This document shows positions 1-13,116 of a stretch of 32,000 nucleotides of DNA, piece by piece. The notes beneath the pieces are model-generated. The model saw nothing but the letters and a program-made list of their open reading frames with translations. It had not been told where the DNA came from and ran no database searches. A program made the position numbers and the translations under genes. Each line of letters starts with the position of its first letter. Within the stretch, counting starts at the first letter, position 1. Origin of the DNA: a virus; the IMG/VR virus record IMGVR_UViG_3300043432_000087, positions 23,455 to 55,454 of that record; one strand, given 5' to 3'.

Positions 1-86
1 TGTTCTGGTTCGAGCAGTTGGACAGGTTCGCGGCTGAGGCCATGCGCGCGCAGGCGCAGAAGGAGATTCCGCCATCGCGCTCGTGA
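1..86 (+). CDS. 3' end of an upstream virion-module gene (partial)
   Basis: The frame is open from the window edge (first full codon at 3) and reads ...FWFEQLDRFAAEAMRAQAQKEIPPSRS*. The TGA at 84-86 overlaps the GTG start at 83 (GTGA). Confidence 0.4.
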   Translation, partial: FWFEQLDRFAAEAMRAQAQKEIPPSRS

Positions 87-646
87 AGAAGGCAATCCTC
101 GACCTGCAGGCCCGCGGCTTCCAGCAAGCCTCGCAAGCCGGCTCGCAGATCGCGGGCTCGCTCGACAAGGCCGCGGCCTCCGCGAGTGCCGCCGGGGCCG
201 CCGCGACGCGCATGGGGTCCGCGTTCGGCGGGGCGGCGGGGCAGGCGAACGCGCTGAAGCAGGGGGCCATGCAACTCGGCTCAGTCTTCAACCGCATCGG
301 CTCGGCGTCCGAGAACCCGTTCATGCGCGCGGCGGGAAACGTCATCGGCGCCGGCGCAACGGGCCTTGCGTTCGGCGGCCTCGCGGGCGCGGGCGTGAGC
401 CTCATCGCGACGCTCGTCGGCGAGATCGTCGGCCGGCTCTCGAAGGACGACGAGGACAAGAGCAAGACCGAGATCAACCAGCAAATCAACGTGGCGCTGA
501 AGGACGGAGACATCGAGCGTGCCGCCAAGGCCGCCTACGAAGGCGTGAGACAGGCTCTTCTTCGGCGCACGGCCGACATCAGCGAGGCGCAGGCCCACGC
601 GGCCCGGCTCGATTACGACGGCCAGTTCCAGCAGTTACGGAGGTAG
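83..646 (+). CDS. Gly/Ala-rich virion-associated protein (tape-measure-like or internal membrane-interacting segment), function unknown
   Basis: 187-aa ORF with a GTG start coupled to the upstream stop. It has an A/G-rich N-terminal half and a glycine-zipper-like hydrophobic stretch (GAGATGLAFGGLAGAGVSLIATLVGEIVG). It sits directly upstream of large tail genes. Confidence 0.55.
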   Translation: MKKAILDLQARGFQQASQAGSQIAGSLDKAAASASAAGAAATRMGSAFGGAAGQANALKQGAMQLGSVFNRIGSASENPFMRAAGNVIGAGATGLAFGGLAGAGVSLIATLVGEIVGRLSKDDEDKSKTEINQQINVALKDGDIERAAKAAYEGVRQALLRRTADISEAQAHAARLDYDGQFQQLRR

Positions 647-655
647 CGGCCGGTC

Positions 656-1978
656 ATGGCGAACACGCTCGAAATTGTCGGCTCCTCGACCTACACGTTC
701 AACGTGCAGCCGCAGTTCGATCGTAGCATCGCGTGGACGCATAACGAGAGCGTCTCGCCTGCGCTTCCCACCGAGGAAATCGAAATCTGGACACTCCGCG
801 GGGCGGCCTACCAGAGCGCGACCCCGTCGAGCGTTACCGGCGACTTCTCGACGCTCCATGCGTTGCTCGGAAACGGCACGACGCCCGTTTCTTCCGTGAA
901 GTTCAAAACCGCTGGTTCTACCACCTACGAGATCAACACGACGACGCACCATCAACTCATGGTGAAGTCGCTCGAGGCCCCAGGCGGAAAGGGCGCATGG
1001 TCGTCCTTCTGGGAAGGCACGATCGTCATCGTCGGCAAGAAACTCCTTGCCAGCGCGGGAACGAACATCGTCCGCATCGAGGAGCGGATCACCTACAGCT
1101 ACGACGCTCAGGGCCTCCTGACGCAGACGCTCGAGGGCCGCATCGAGACGGTTCCTGGGACGAGCGCGCTCACTTCCGCGCAGGCCCGCGCGCCCGCGAG
1201 CCTCGGCGCCGCCTACGTCATGGAGACGGGCGGAGACAACGGCCTCGAGATCCGCGAGGAGAACTACGCCGAGGATACGATCGCGACGTACCGGCAGGTA
1301 CAGCGCGAGTCGGGCGAGTCCCTCCCGTCGACCGCGACCTCGTGGCTGCACGCCTCGGAAGTCGTCGAAGGCGAAGATGGCAAGGTGACGACCGTCAGCG
1401 TCACGGCGGGCGGGACCTCGAGCGCGGGCGCGCTCACGGCCGCGCGCACGGTGAAGCCGTCCGGCTCGCTCTTCCGCGTCGTGAGCGAGCGGCAAAACCT
1501 CGACGCCCTCACGGCGACGGCGACCTACGTCAAGCGTGAGCCGCGGACGACGCCACGGCACTCTGGCGCCCCTCGGATCACGTCCATGCGCCGCGTGTTT
1601 TCCTTCTCTGGCGGCGGGCAGAATCGCCTATTCACTGACATCCAGGGCCACATCCCCTACGAGACGCTCGCGCCGCGGAAGGTGCTGACGGTCCGCGAGA
1701 CGATCACCGTCTACGCGGTCAACGTCACCGCCCTGTCGATGATCCCGCTCCCGATCCCGCTCTGGCCCGAGAACCTCCAGCCGAACGACTCGGACGAGAC
1801 GTTCCCAGAGCTCGACGGCGGCGAGGCCGACACCCGCTCCGCCGACAAGTATGTCCGCCGGGCGTCGCGGCTCTACGCCTTCCGCAAGGACCCGCCGTCG
1901 GCCGACGAGGTGACGAGTGTCATCTTCGCCTCGCCTTCCTTCTCGGGCGACCCCGATTACGTCGGGAGGCTCGACTGA
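656..1978 (+). CDS. Virion structural protein (tail/baseplate), function unknown
   Basis: 440-aa ORF with ATG preceded by GGAGG about 12 nt upstream. Its stop overlaps the next ATG (TGATG). Ordinary amino-acid composition, in contrast to the Arg-rich antisense ORFs. I recognised no motif. Confidence 0.7.
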   Translation: MANTLEIVGSSTYTFNVQPQFDRSIAWTHNESVSPALPTEEIEIWTLRGAAYQSATPSSVTGDFSTLHALLGNGTTPVSSVKFKTAGSTTYEINTTTHHQLMVKSLEAPGGKGAWSSFWEGTIVIVGKKLLASAGTNIVRIEERITYSYDAQGLLTQTLEGRIETVPGTSALTSAQARAPASLGAAYVMETGGDNGLEIREENYAEDTIATYRQVQRESGESLPSTATSWLHASEVVEGEDGKVTTVSVTAGGTSSAGALTAARTVKPSGSLFRVVSERQNLDALTATATYVKREPRTTPRHSGAPRITSMRRVFSFSGGGQNRLFTDIQGHIPYETLAPRKVLTVRETITVYAVNVTALSMIPLPIPLWPENLQPNDSDETFPELDGGEADTRSADKYVRRASRLYAFRKDPPSADEVTSVIFASPSFSGDPDYVGRLD

Positions 1979-4460
1979 TGGCCGCGATCGAGCCGACCGT
2001 CACGTATCAAGGCTTCCCGAGTCACGAAGCCTCATTCCGGCAACCATTCGGAATCGGCGCCGGGACTGGACACATCGTCATCACACAAGCGGATTTCGAC
2101 CGTCTCATCGGCGGGAACCCGTGGGCGATTCATCCGGTCGGAGGCGGAGGTGGCACAGGTGCGCGCGGGACGCCGGGAGCCGTGGGCGGAGAGGCAAAGA
2201 TCCTGCGCTCCGGGCTCCTGATTCGTGGGCCGCTCATCTTCAAGCACGAGAGAACGATCACGCTGCCGCAAATCTACATCTCGGACGGCGGCATCGAGGA
2301 CGTGACGCGCTCGGACGAGCTGCGCGACCGCGGCACGGTGCGGCTGACGCTCATGTCCGTTACCGGCCTCTGGGGCACGCGCGGCGACATTTACGGCGAA
2401 TACAACATCCTCACGTCGGATCGCAAGGGGCTCACCGTGCGCCCGGGGACGACGGTAGCCAGACGCGAAGTGGAGCCCGGAAGTACGCGCTTCGGCAAGC
2501 CATACACGCTCGCCGACATGGTCCGCCTCTGCCTCTCGCGCCTCCCTGGAAACCTGTCGCTTGTCTGTGACGCGACCGAGTTGAAAGCGGCCGAGGCGAT
2601 CGAGCCCGTCAACATGCGGTTCAAGACGGGACAACTCGCCGCGCAGGTCATGGCCGAACTGCTCTCGGCGTTCAACTTCCGCGGCGCCTACGATCCGATC
2701 AGCGACACCTACGCCATCTGGCGGTTCAATTCAGGCCGCCCCTCGGTCGCGGAGCAGGGAATCAAGACGCTCTCGCTCAACTTCCCGACAGCGAAGGGTG
2801 CTGTCACGATCGACCCCGCGACTGTGAACCGCACGCGGCGGACGAATCACAACCTCGCGCCGCGCACGGTGCGTATCCTCGGGAAGCCGATCATCCGCGA
2901 GGTGGAGATCGAACTCGAGCCATGCGGCGAACGGGACGGCGACATACGACCGCTCGATGAAGCATTGATTCCGTTCGGCTTTACCATCTTCGACGCTGCG
3001 CGTTGGGTGTTACTCCCGCGCGACCAGCAGAACGGATGGACCGTCAGGGGCCAGCGCGTATCCGCGTTCGCGGCCGACGAGATGCGGCGATGGGCCTTCA
3101 AGTGGTTCAGGGTCCCACCGGAGTTGAAGGGCTTCCTGCCCATGCTCCCGTTGCGGGCGGAAGCAACCGTCCGCGGAGGACGCCGGGGCCCGATTGTGTG
3201 GGCCGATACCTACGACGAGGTGAAGGCTAATCAGGTCATCGCGTATTACGACCTCGGCCTCGCGGCGCTAGAGTTAGCCATTGCGACGGGCGATCAACTG
3301 GCGGCGAAGCAGCAGCAGGGAATCAACATCGCATTCAACCTCGCCACCCAAGCCCTCGGTCCAGGTTTGGGCCCGGCGGAACGGACGCTCACGCAGTTCG
3401 TTGGCCATTTCACCGGCCTCGACTCGCGCAAGGTGCTCAAGATCAACGACATCATACTCAACGAGAAGGGCAGTCGGCGATCCGATTTTGTCACGATCCT
3501 AGACTACCTGAAGGAGCAACAGCGCCGGCTCTCGGCCTTCCGCGAAGAGGCGTTGCGGTTCGATGAGAGCTTGCGTCGCAGGGCCGCCACATCGGAGCGG
3601 GCGGAGATTCGACTCTGCAATCGCCCGGTCGCACCCATCAACTCGTCACAGTGGAAGATCGTCGCGGCCGAGGGTGTCGTGCAGTTCAGTTTCCCGATTG
3701 GGTGCATCCGATCCATCGCGACGGGTAGCGAACGATTCCCGACGACGACGCCGGCGAAGGATAGCACCGGTGGCGGGTTCACTCTGAAGGCAGAGAACGG
3801 CTTCCTCAAATTAGAGGGAAGGGAGAAGGCCGAGAAACGAGGCGTGGAGAGCTTCGGCCTTTCGCTCGCCGAATCGTGCGTTCTGGAGCCTCATCCGCGT
3901 GTCCGCATCCTCTTCGCTTACGAATCGACGCCCGACGCTCGCGCGGCGAACGGCGAGCCGTCGGAACCGGCGATCGACAAGGCCGCGGATTATGTGGATT
4001 GCTATTCCTTCCTCGGAGAACTCGGCCCGAACGGAGAGCCGCGCCAATTGAACCCGGGCGGTAAGGAACCGGCCAATTCGGCGCAACTCTATCCGCGCGT
4101 CGTCAAGACCGACTTCCGGATGTACGCCTCGATCGACAATGACACGCGCACCGCCGCCGCGGCGGCAGTCTCGACCAATCGGGGGGAGTTGGATTCGCAG
4201 TCGATCGACATCATGCGCCACGACCTCGGTGCAGCGAATCAGACCAAGGGCGAGGAAGGCGAGAGCCTGACCTTCTGGCCCATCACGGTGACGGGCGGCA
4301 TCCCGCTTGTCGGGTGGGCGGTAGAGGGCGGACTCGCGAAGACAACCTGGACCGTCGGCGTCGAGCGGACCATCGAGGCGCGCGCCTACGAGAAGACCGA
4401 GATTCGTGGCGTGAAGCCGCATGGCGAATCGAACCTCGTCATTGACCCGGGGAGCGGCGC

Positions 4461-4464
<4 letters not shown>
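1978..4464 (+). CDS. Large virion structural protein (tail/baseplate hub-like), function unknown
   Basis: 828-aa ORF translationally coupled at both ends (TGATG at 1976-1980, ATGA at 4461-4464). The call rests on position between tail genes. I recognised no catalytic motif. Confidence 0.7.
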
Positions 4465-8794
<4,330 letters not shown>

Positions 8795-8798
<4 letters not shown>

Positions 8799-9481
8799 TC
8801 GACTACATACAAAGCATAACGCCCCCGTCTCCACCGTCGGGTTCGTCGCAACAATGGCTCGACACGTCTCAGGCCCCGCCGGTCCTGAAAATGTGGGACG
8901 GAGCGCAGTGGACGGCAGCCGCCACCGGTGGAAGCAGCCCACATGCGACTACGCATCAGCCCGGCGGTAACGACGCGATGGCGGTCGATGCCGCGGCCGG
9001 TACCGGGTCTCTCCGCACGCTCGGCGCTGGTGCCACGCAGGCATGCGGCGGGACCGACTCGCGGCTATCGGACGCGCGCGCCCCGACCGCGCACACGCAC
9101 CCGGAAAGCGACGTGACGAGCCTCGTAAGCGACCTCGCAGGTAAGGCAGCGTCGAGCCACACGCACGGTGCCGGCGACCTGCCGAAGTTGAACGGTATCA
9201 CGGCACCGGATGGCAGCGTGAGCTTCGCCGATCAGCAGGCGACAAGCTTCCGCATTGAGAACCGGACGAGCGATCCGGTAACACCGTTCTACAACGCGGC
9301 CGTGAAGGAGCTTTGCCTCGTCGCTGAGGCCGACGCGGCGGCCGGCATGGGCGGCGTTCCGAAGATGCGGAAGGGAGCGGTCACGTATGCGTGCTACCTC
9401 GTGGAGACGACGGACCCGAACGCGAGCCACGTCTACGTGCGGACCTCGACGGGAACGAAGGCGATCCGGCTGAAGACGTGA
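8795..9481 (+). CDS. Tail fibre protein
   Basis: 228-aa ORF with an ATGA overlap with the giant tail gene. It has tail-fibre style motifs: W..AAATGG, SLRTLGAGATQACGGTDSRL, and two His-x-His boxes (APTAHTHPESD and ASSHTHGAGD) like the metal-binding HxH repeats of phage fibres. Confidence 0.75.
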
Positions 9482-9525
9482 GCGACGCCCCGACGCCCGC
9501 CGCATAGGTTAGGAGGTTCGCACCC

Positions 9526-9813
9526 ATGACCGACCACGTCCCCAAGCCCGACCCCAGCGTCACGGACGCCATCCGCCGGGCCGCGAACGGCAATGGCCGC
9601 GACCCGCGAATCGACAAGGCCGTCTCATGGGGGCTCACGACGTTGGCGACGCTCGCCCTGGCGTGGGTCGGCAGCGAGGTGCGGTCGGTGTCGTCGAAAC
9701 TCGACGCCATGAACGTGCGACTCTCGATCCTCGAATCCTCGGGCCTCACGACGAAGCTCGAGCGGCTCGAGGATCGGGTGCGGACTCTCGAAATCGAACG
9801 GAGGAAACCATGA
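9526..9813 (+). CDS. Small membrane protein, holin/antiholin candidate
   Basis: 95 aa with a strong RBS (TAGGAGG) upstream. It has one predicted transmembrane (TM) helix (AVSWGLTTLATLALAWVGS) followed by a coiled-coil tail. It is the first gene after the fibre and lies upstream of the spanins. Confidence 0.55.
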   Translation: MTDHVPKPDPSVTDAIRRAANGNGRDPRIDKAVSWGLTTLATLALAWVGSEVRSVSSKLDAMNVRLSILESSGLTTKLERLEDRVRTLEIERRKP

Positions 9814-9992
9814 GCTTTCTCAGTGGCTATCGGTCGTACATCGCAGGCGCCGGCACGATCATCGGCGGGCTCCTGCTCCTCGCGGACGGCAAGACGGGTG
9901 AGGGCGTCACGGCGATCCTCGCCGGACTCGGGACGATCTTCGCGCGCGTCGGCGCCAAGAACGAAGCGGCGGCGGTCGCCGAGAAGAAGTGA
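9810..9992 (+). CDS. Small two-TM membrane protein, holin candidate
   Basis: Internal ATG at 9810 of track ORF 9627..9992, forming an ATGA overlap with the previous stop. The 60-aa product MSFLSGYRSYIAGAGTIIGGLLLLADGK...ILAGLGTIFARVGAK has two hydrophobic helices and a charged C-terminus. Confidence 0.6.
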   Translation: MSFLSGYRSYIAGAGTIIGGLLLLADGKTGEGVTAILAGLGTIFARVGAKNEAAAVAEKK

Positions 9993-10309
9993 CCGCCGAC
10001 CTCGTCGCCCTCGCGGTCCTGCTCCTCGTGCTCCTCGGCGGGGCCGCGTGGCTGCTCGCGCAGGGGTCGAAGCTCCGCGACGCGCAAGCGAAGATCGACG
10101 ACGCGAAGGAGGCCCTCGATGCGGCTCGGCTCAAAGAGAGGTACGCGGACGAACGCGCCCGGATCGCCGAGCGAGCGGCGCGCGAACTGGCCGCGCTGCA
10201 CGCTCTGCCTCCTGGCCCTGCTCGCGCTGATCGTCTCCGCCGGCTGCTCGACGGTTCCGCCGGTGGTGACGGTCCGGCGGCCCCGGGCGGCGGCGCTCCG
10301 ACCGCTTAG
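9989..10309 (+). CDS. i-spanin (Rz-like inner-membrane spanin subunit)
   Basis: GTGA overlap start. It has an N-terminal TM helix (LVALAVLLLVLLGGAAWLLA), then a charged coiled coil (KLRDAQAKIDDAKEALDAARLKERYADERARIAERAAREL). A lipoprotein ORF lies in the +1 frame over its 3' half. Confidence 0.7.
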   Translation: MTADLVALAVLLLVLLGGAAWLLAQGSKLRDAQAKIDDAKEALDAARLKERYADERARIAERAARELAALHALPPGPARADRLRRLLDGSAGGDGPAAPGGGAPTA

Positions 10310-10445
10310 CGTGCAGGCGACGACGGCGCCGAACGGGGAGCCGGCCTACCTCGTGTGGCCGGCGGAGGCGTTCGAGTGGAACACGGTCGAGACGCGGCGC
10401 GAGCTCGAGGAGCTGCGGGCCGCGCCGTTCTGGGAGGCTGAATAG
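10119..10445 (+). CDS. o-spanin (Rz1-like outer-membrane lipoprotein), overlapped architecture
   Basis: The ORF starts inside the i-spanin gene in another frame and extends past it. Its hydrophobic signal ends in LLALIVSAGC|S (a lipobox-like Cys, imperfect at -3), and the mature part is short and Pro-rich. There is no in-frame alternative start between the ATG and the Cys. Confidence 0.6.
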   Translation: MRLGSKRGTRTNAPGSPSERRANWPRCTLCLLALLALIVSAGCSTVPPVVTVRRPRAAALRPLSVQATTAPNGEPAYLVWPAEAFEWNTVETRRELEELRAAPFWEAE

Positions 10446-10456
10446 GAGGGGGTGCT

Positions 10457-10708
10457 ATGTCGTGCCCGCTGGTGAAGGGGGCTCTCTACGACGTCACGAT
10501 GCGCGCCGAGGGCGAGGTCGTCGACACGGCCGCCCGGGTCTATCGCGAGCGCGAGCCCACCTACTCGGGGCTGATCTTCGAGGACGCGCTCGACGTGTTC
10601 CTGATCTTCCTCGAACCCACGAACGAGATGACCGACAAGGGCGTCGCGGCCCCGCGCCGGCGTCTGCTCGTCAAGGGCTGGATTCAGGAGATCGCCGATC
10701 ACCGTTGA
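10457..10708 (+). CDS. Hypothetical protein
   Basis: 83-aa ORF with RBS TAGGAGGGGG 5-6 nt upstream of the ATG. I recognised no motif. Confidence 0.55.
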   Translation: MSCPLVKGALYDVTMRAEGEVVDTAARVYREREPTYSGLIFEDALDVFLIFLEPTNEMTDKGVAAPRRRLLVKGWIQEIADHR

Positions 10709-10719
10709 CGGAGGCAGCC

Positions 10720-10971
10720 GTGCCAGGGGTTCCAAGGTACGTCGACCTCTACTGCCCGTGGTGCTGGGTGCCCGTGGCAGAGGATGACGGGCATCGCGCG
10801 GTCGCCGCGACGAAACTTCACCCCTACGTCGTCTGGGCCCGCGGCCCCGGCGAACTGCCCCGAGACGACGCTGACCTTGCGACCCCGTTCTACCGCTACG
10901 CCTGCCCGGCCAAGGGCTGCGATTACGTCGAGGTCCACTCTCACCGGCTCGTCGTCGCGAGGGGCGCGTGA
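10720..10971 (+). CDS. Small zinc-ribbon-like protein
   Basis: GTG at 10720 (in frame within track ORF 10462..10971), preceded by GACGGAGG. The product VPGVPRYVDLYCPWCW...YACPAKGCDY carries CxxC plus CxxxC. Confidence 0.5.
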   Translation: MPGVPRYVDLYCPWCWVPVAEDDGHRAVAATKLHPYVVWARGPGELPRDDADLATPFYRYACPAKGCDYVEVHSHRLVVARGA

Positions 10972-11633
10972 GGGCCGCCCTGCTCCTCGCGCTGACGCTC
11001 CTCGGCGGGTGCGCGGCAACGCTCGCGCGACCGGCGCCGACCCCGGCAGGCTTCGACCGCGCCCACGCGCAGGCAGCCGTCTACGGCCTCTTCGATCGCG
11101 TCGTCTCGAGGCGCCTCGGCGGCCCGTGGGACGGCGCGACGTGGGGCTCCTGCATCGCGATCGGGCCACGGCTCGTCATAACCTGCGGCCACGTCTGCCA
11201 CCGTCACGAGCGAGGCGACGTCTACTGGATCGCGAACGCGACCGGCGCCCACGAGGCGCGGATGCTCCTCTGGCGCGACGACGACTTCGGGGGCTGTCTC
11301 CTCAAGACCGCGGACGACCTCCCCGCGTGGATCCCGCTCGGAACGCCGCAGGGGGCCTCGCCGTTCGGGACTGGCGGATGGGCGATGATCGTCACCCTCG
11401 CCGGCCAGCACGGCGTCCGGCTCCACGGGTGGCCCTCGCGGCAGTTCGACGGCTGGCGGCCCTACAAGGGCGCGAGCGGGTCCGCCGTGATTCAGGACGG
11501 CCGCCTCGTCGGCCTCGCTGCCAAGCAGGCGTGCTGCCCGATTCACCCGCCGTCGCTCTGCGGGTTCTGCGACGCGACGTGTGACCCGCCGCAATGGGGC
11601 GAATACTCGCCCGTGGGCCCGGTGCCGCCGTGA
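10968..11633 (+). CDS. Lipoprotein with trypsin/chymotrypsin-like (S1-fold) serine peptidase motifs
   Basis: GTGA-coupled start. The signal peptide plus lipobox reads MRAALLLALTLLGG|C. The ordered triad-like motifs are GSCIAIGPRLVITCGHVC (His), DDDFGGCLLKT (Asp) and YKGASGSAVIQDGRLVGLAA (GxSG Ser), matching the Trypsin_2-type pattern by eye. Confidence 0.65.
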   Translation: MRAALLLALTLLGGCAATLARPAPTPAGFDRAHAQAAVYGLFDRVVSRRLGGPWDGATWGSCIAIGPRLVITCGHVCHRHERGDVYWIANATGAHEARMLLWRDDDFGGCLLKTADDLPAWIPLGTPQGASPFGTGGWAMIVTLAGQHGVRLHGWPSRQFDGWRPYKGASGSAVIQDGRLVGLAAKQACCPIHPPSLCGFCDATCDPPQWGEYSPVGPVPP

Positions 11634-11830
11634 GCCCCGAGGACGCGTTCCGCGTGCAGCACCAAGCGCGATCGTGCCCCTACTGCGGACGGGCAAACCT
11701 GATCGTGCGCCAGCAAGTCCTCACGCAGTTGAACCCGCGGAGCCCGCCGACGGAGCGCCTCGACGGGCGGTTCCTGGCCGCGGAATGCGTAGGGTGCGGG
11801 TTCAGGGAGATCGGGGAGCATGTCGGATGA
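11630..11830 (+). CDS. Small zinc-ribbon protein
   Basis: GTG at 11630 forms a GTGA overlap with the previous stop (in frame in track ORF 11594..11830). It carries CPYCG...CVGCG (two CxxC pairs). It is the last gene of the rightward late operon. Confidence 0.5.
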   Translation: MSPEDAFRVQHQARSCPYCGRANLIVRQQVLTQLNPRSPPTERLDGRFLAAECVGCGFREIGEHVG

Positions 11831-11832
11831 CC

Positions 11833-12222
11833 TCATGGCTTCCCCCGAGCCCTCTCGCGAACTTCCTCGGTCGACATCCCGGCCCGGTGCCCCGCCCGCG
11901 CCTCGGCGACGAGGCCGAAGATTTCCTTCGTCGTCCGCTCGCTTCCGTCTGCGCGGTAGAAGTACGGATTGCGAGGGTTCAGCGGCTTGAGCGTCGGATC
12001 GGGCTTGCATGTCCAGACTGGGGTTGCCTCCTTCTGTTCCTTCGCCTCGATCATCTTGGCCGCCCGCGCGAGCGCCCGGCGCGCGACCTCCCCGACCGTC
12101 GTCTCCCGCCGGGCCGCCTCCCGCTCGAGCGCGGCGGCGACGGGGGCCGGGACGCGCGTCTGGACCTTCGCGGAGGGGCCGGGGCCCTCGGAGGGGGCGA
12201 GCTTCGGGCGGCCCCTACCCAC
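11833..12222 (-). CDS. Ribbon-helix-helix (CopG/Arc-like) DNA-binding protein with C-terminal extension
   Basis: GTG at 12222 lies within track ORF 11833..12357 and overlaps the upstream TAG (12215-12217) by 8 nt. The product starts VGRGRPKL...KVQTRVPAPVAAALEREAARRETTVGEVARRALARAA, the typical beta-strand/helix/helix RHH pattern. Confidence 0.6.
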   Translation of the reverse strand: MGRGRPKLAPSEGPGPSAKVQTRVPAPVAAALEREAARRETTVGEVARRALARAAKMIEAKEQKEATPVWTCKPDPTLKPLNPRNPYFYRADGSERTTKEIFGLVAEARAGHRAGMSTEEVRERARGKP

Positions 12223-12532
12223 GGGCGGCCTCTTCCTCGGGCGCGTACCCCGGGTCCACCGTTCGGCGGGCCTTGTTGTACGCCTCGCGGAGACGGTGCT
12301 TCTCGGCGTCCGAATAGAGGCCCGACGCCGTGTGCAGATAGGCGTCCGCGTCCCCATCGAGCCCTTCGCAGATGGCGGCCAACTGGTGCAGGATCACGAG
12401 AGCGCGGCGCCGGGTCGCGTCGTCGTAGGAGATGTCGCCGCGCGCCGCGTGAGAGAGCAGGCACGCGAGCGGGACAGCGTCCTTGGCTGTGATGCTCACG
12501 GACGCGCCACTACGGGTGGTTTTCAGGTTCAT
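12215..12532 (-). CDS. Hypothetical protein (middle gene of the leftward cassette)
   Basis: 105-aa ORF coupled to the downstream RHH gene. Acidic and helical-looking. No motif recognised. Confidence 0.5.
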   Translation of the reverse strand: MNLKTTRSGASVSITAKDAVPLACLLSHAARGDISYDDATRRRALVILHQLAAICEGLDGDADAYLHTASGLYSDAEKHRLREAYNKARRTVDPGYAPEEEAARG

Positions 12533-12559
12533 CGTCCCCTCCTATCGTTCGCCGTTCTC

Positions 12560-12913
12560 TTAGTGGTTCCGCGCGATCGGCTTGCCGAGGCGCCGGGCCA
12601 CTTCCGCGAGCTGCTCCGCCGTCTTGAACGAGGCGCCGAAGCACCAGCGCGTCTGCGGCGCGCCGAACAGATCGGGGCGGACCTCGCGGTCGATGATCTC
12701 TTCGGACACGCGCGCCAACTGCTCGGCGCTGTAGGCGACGCCCGCGACCTTGTGCATGTACCCGACTTCGACGGCCTTGTCGCCGGGGCCGTAGGCCGCG
12801 CCGTTCTCGTCCGCGACGAACACGAGCTGCCCATAAGACGAGGCCGCGCTCTCGTCGGTCAGCACACCGAGCCTGCTGTCCGGATAACCCACGTAGACCA
12901 CCGGGATACGCAT
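12560..12913 (-). CDS. Hypothetical protein (first gene of the leftward cassette)
   Basis: I chose the internal ATG at 12913 (MRIPVVYVGYPD...) because GAGGAGGG lies about 7 nt upstream on the minus strand. The track ORF extends to 12946. No motif recognised. Confidence 0.55.
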   Translation of the reverse strand: MRIPVVYVGYPDSRLGVLTDESAASSYGQLVFVADENGAAYGPGDKAVEVGYMHKVAGVAYSAEQLARVSEEIIDREVRPDLFGAPQTRWCFGASFKTAEQLAEVARRLGKPIARNH

Positions 12914-13116
12914 CGTTCGTCCCTCCTCGTTTCCGTTCGTCCTCACGCCCTTATTGTATCCAATATCCGACCCAAGTCAAGCCCCGCGGATACAAAATTC
13001 TTGTCCCTGTGCCACATACACTTACGCAACTGCCCCGCCGGGGCGCTGGTGGGAAACGCCATCGCGCGGCGGATTCGGCCACCGGGACCGCCGCCGCACA
13101 GGGTAGGAGGTGAGTC
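12914..13116. promoter_or_regulatory. Divergent intergenic control region between the leftward cassette and the rightward early genes
   Basis: 203-bp non-coding gap with a local AT-rich patch. It holds an 8-bp inverted repeat, TTGTATCC (12954-12961) and GGATACAA (12988-12995), plus a repeated TATCC. Genes diverge on both sides. Confidence 0.5.

Noticed and set aside
635-1561. 308-aa minus-strand ORF, and similar antisense ORFs at 14836-16293, 16988-18157, 22031-23365 and 26104-27231
   Set aside because: All are Arg-rich and motif-free. Each fully overlaps a + strand gene with clear motifs (nuclease, Sak4, NDT/Ea22-like, primase-helicase). They are GC-driven artefacts.
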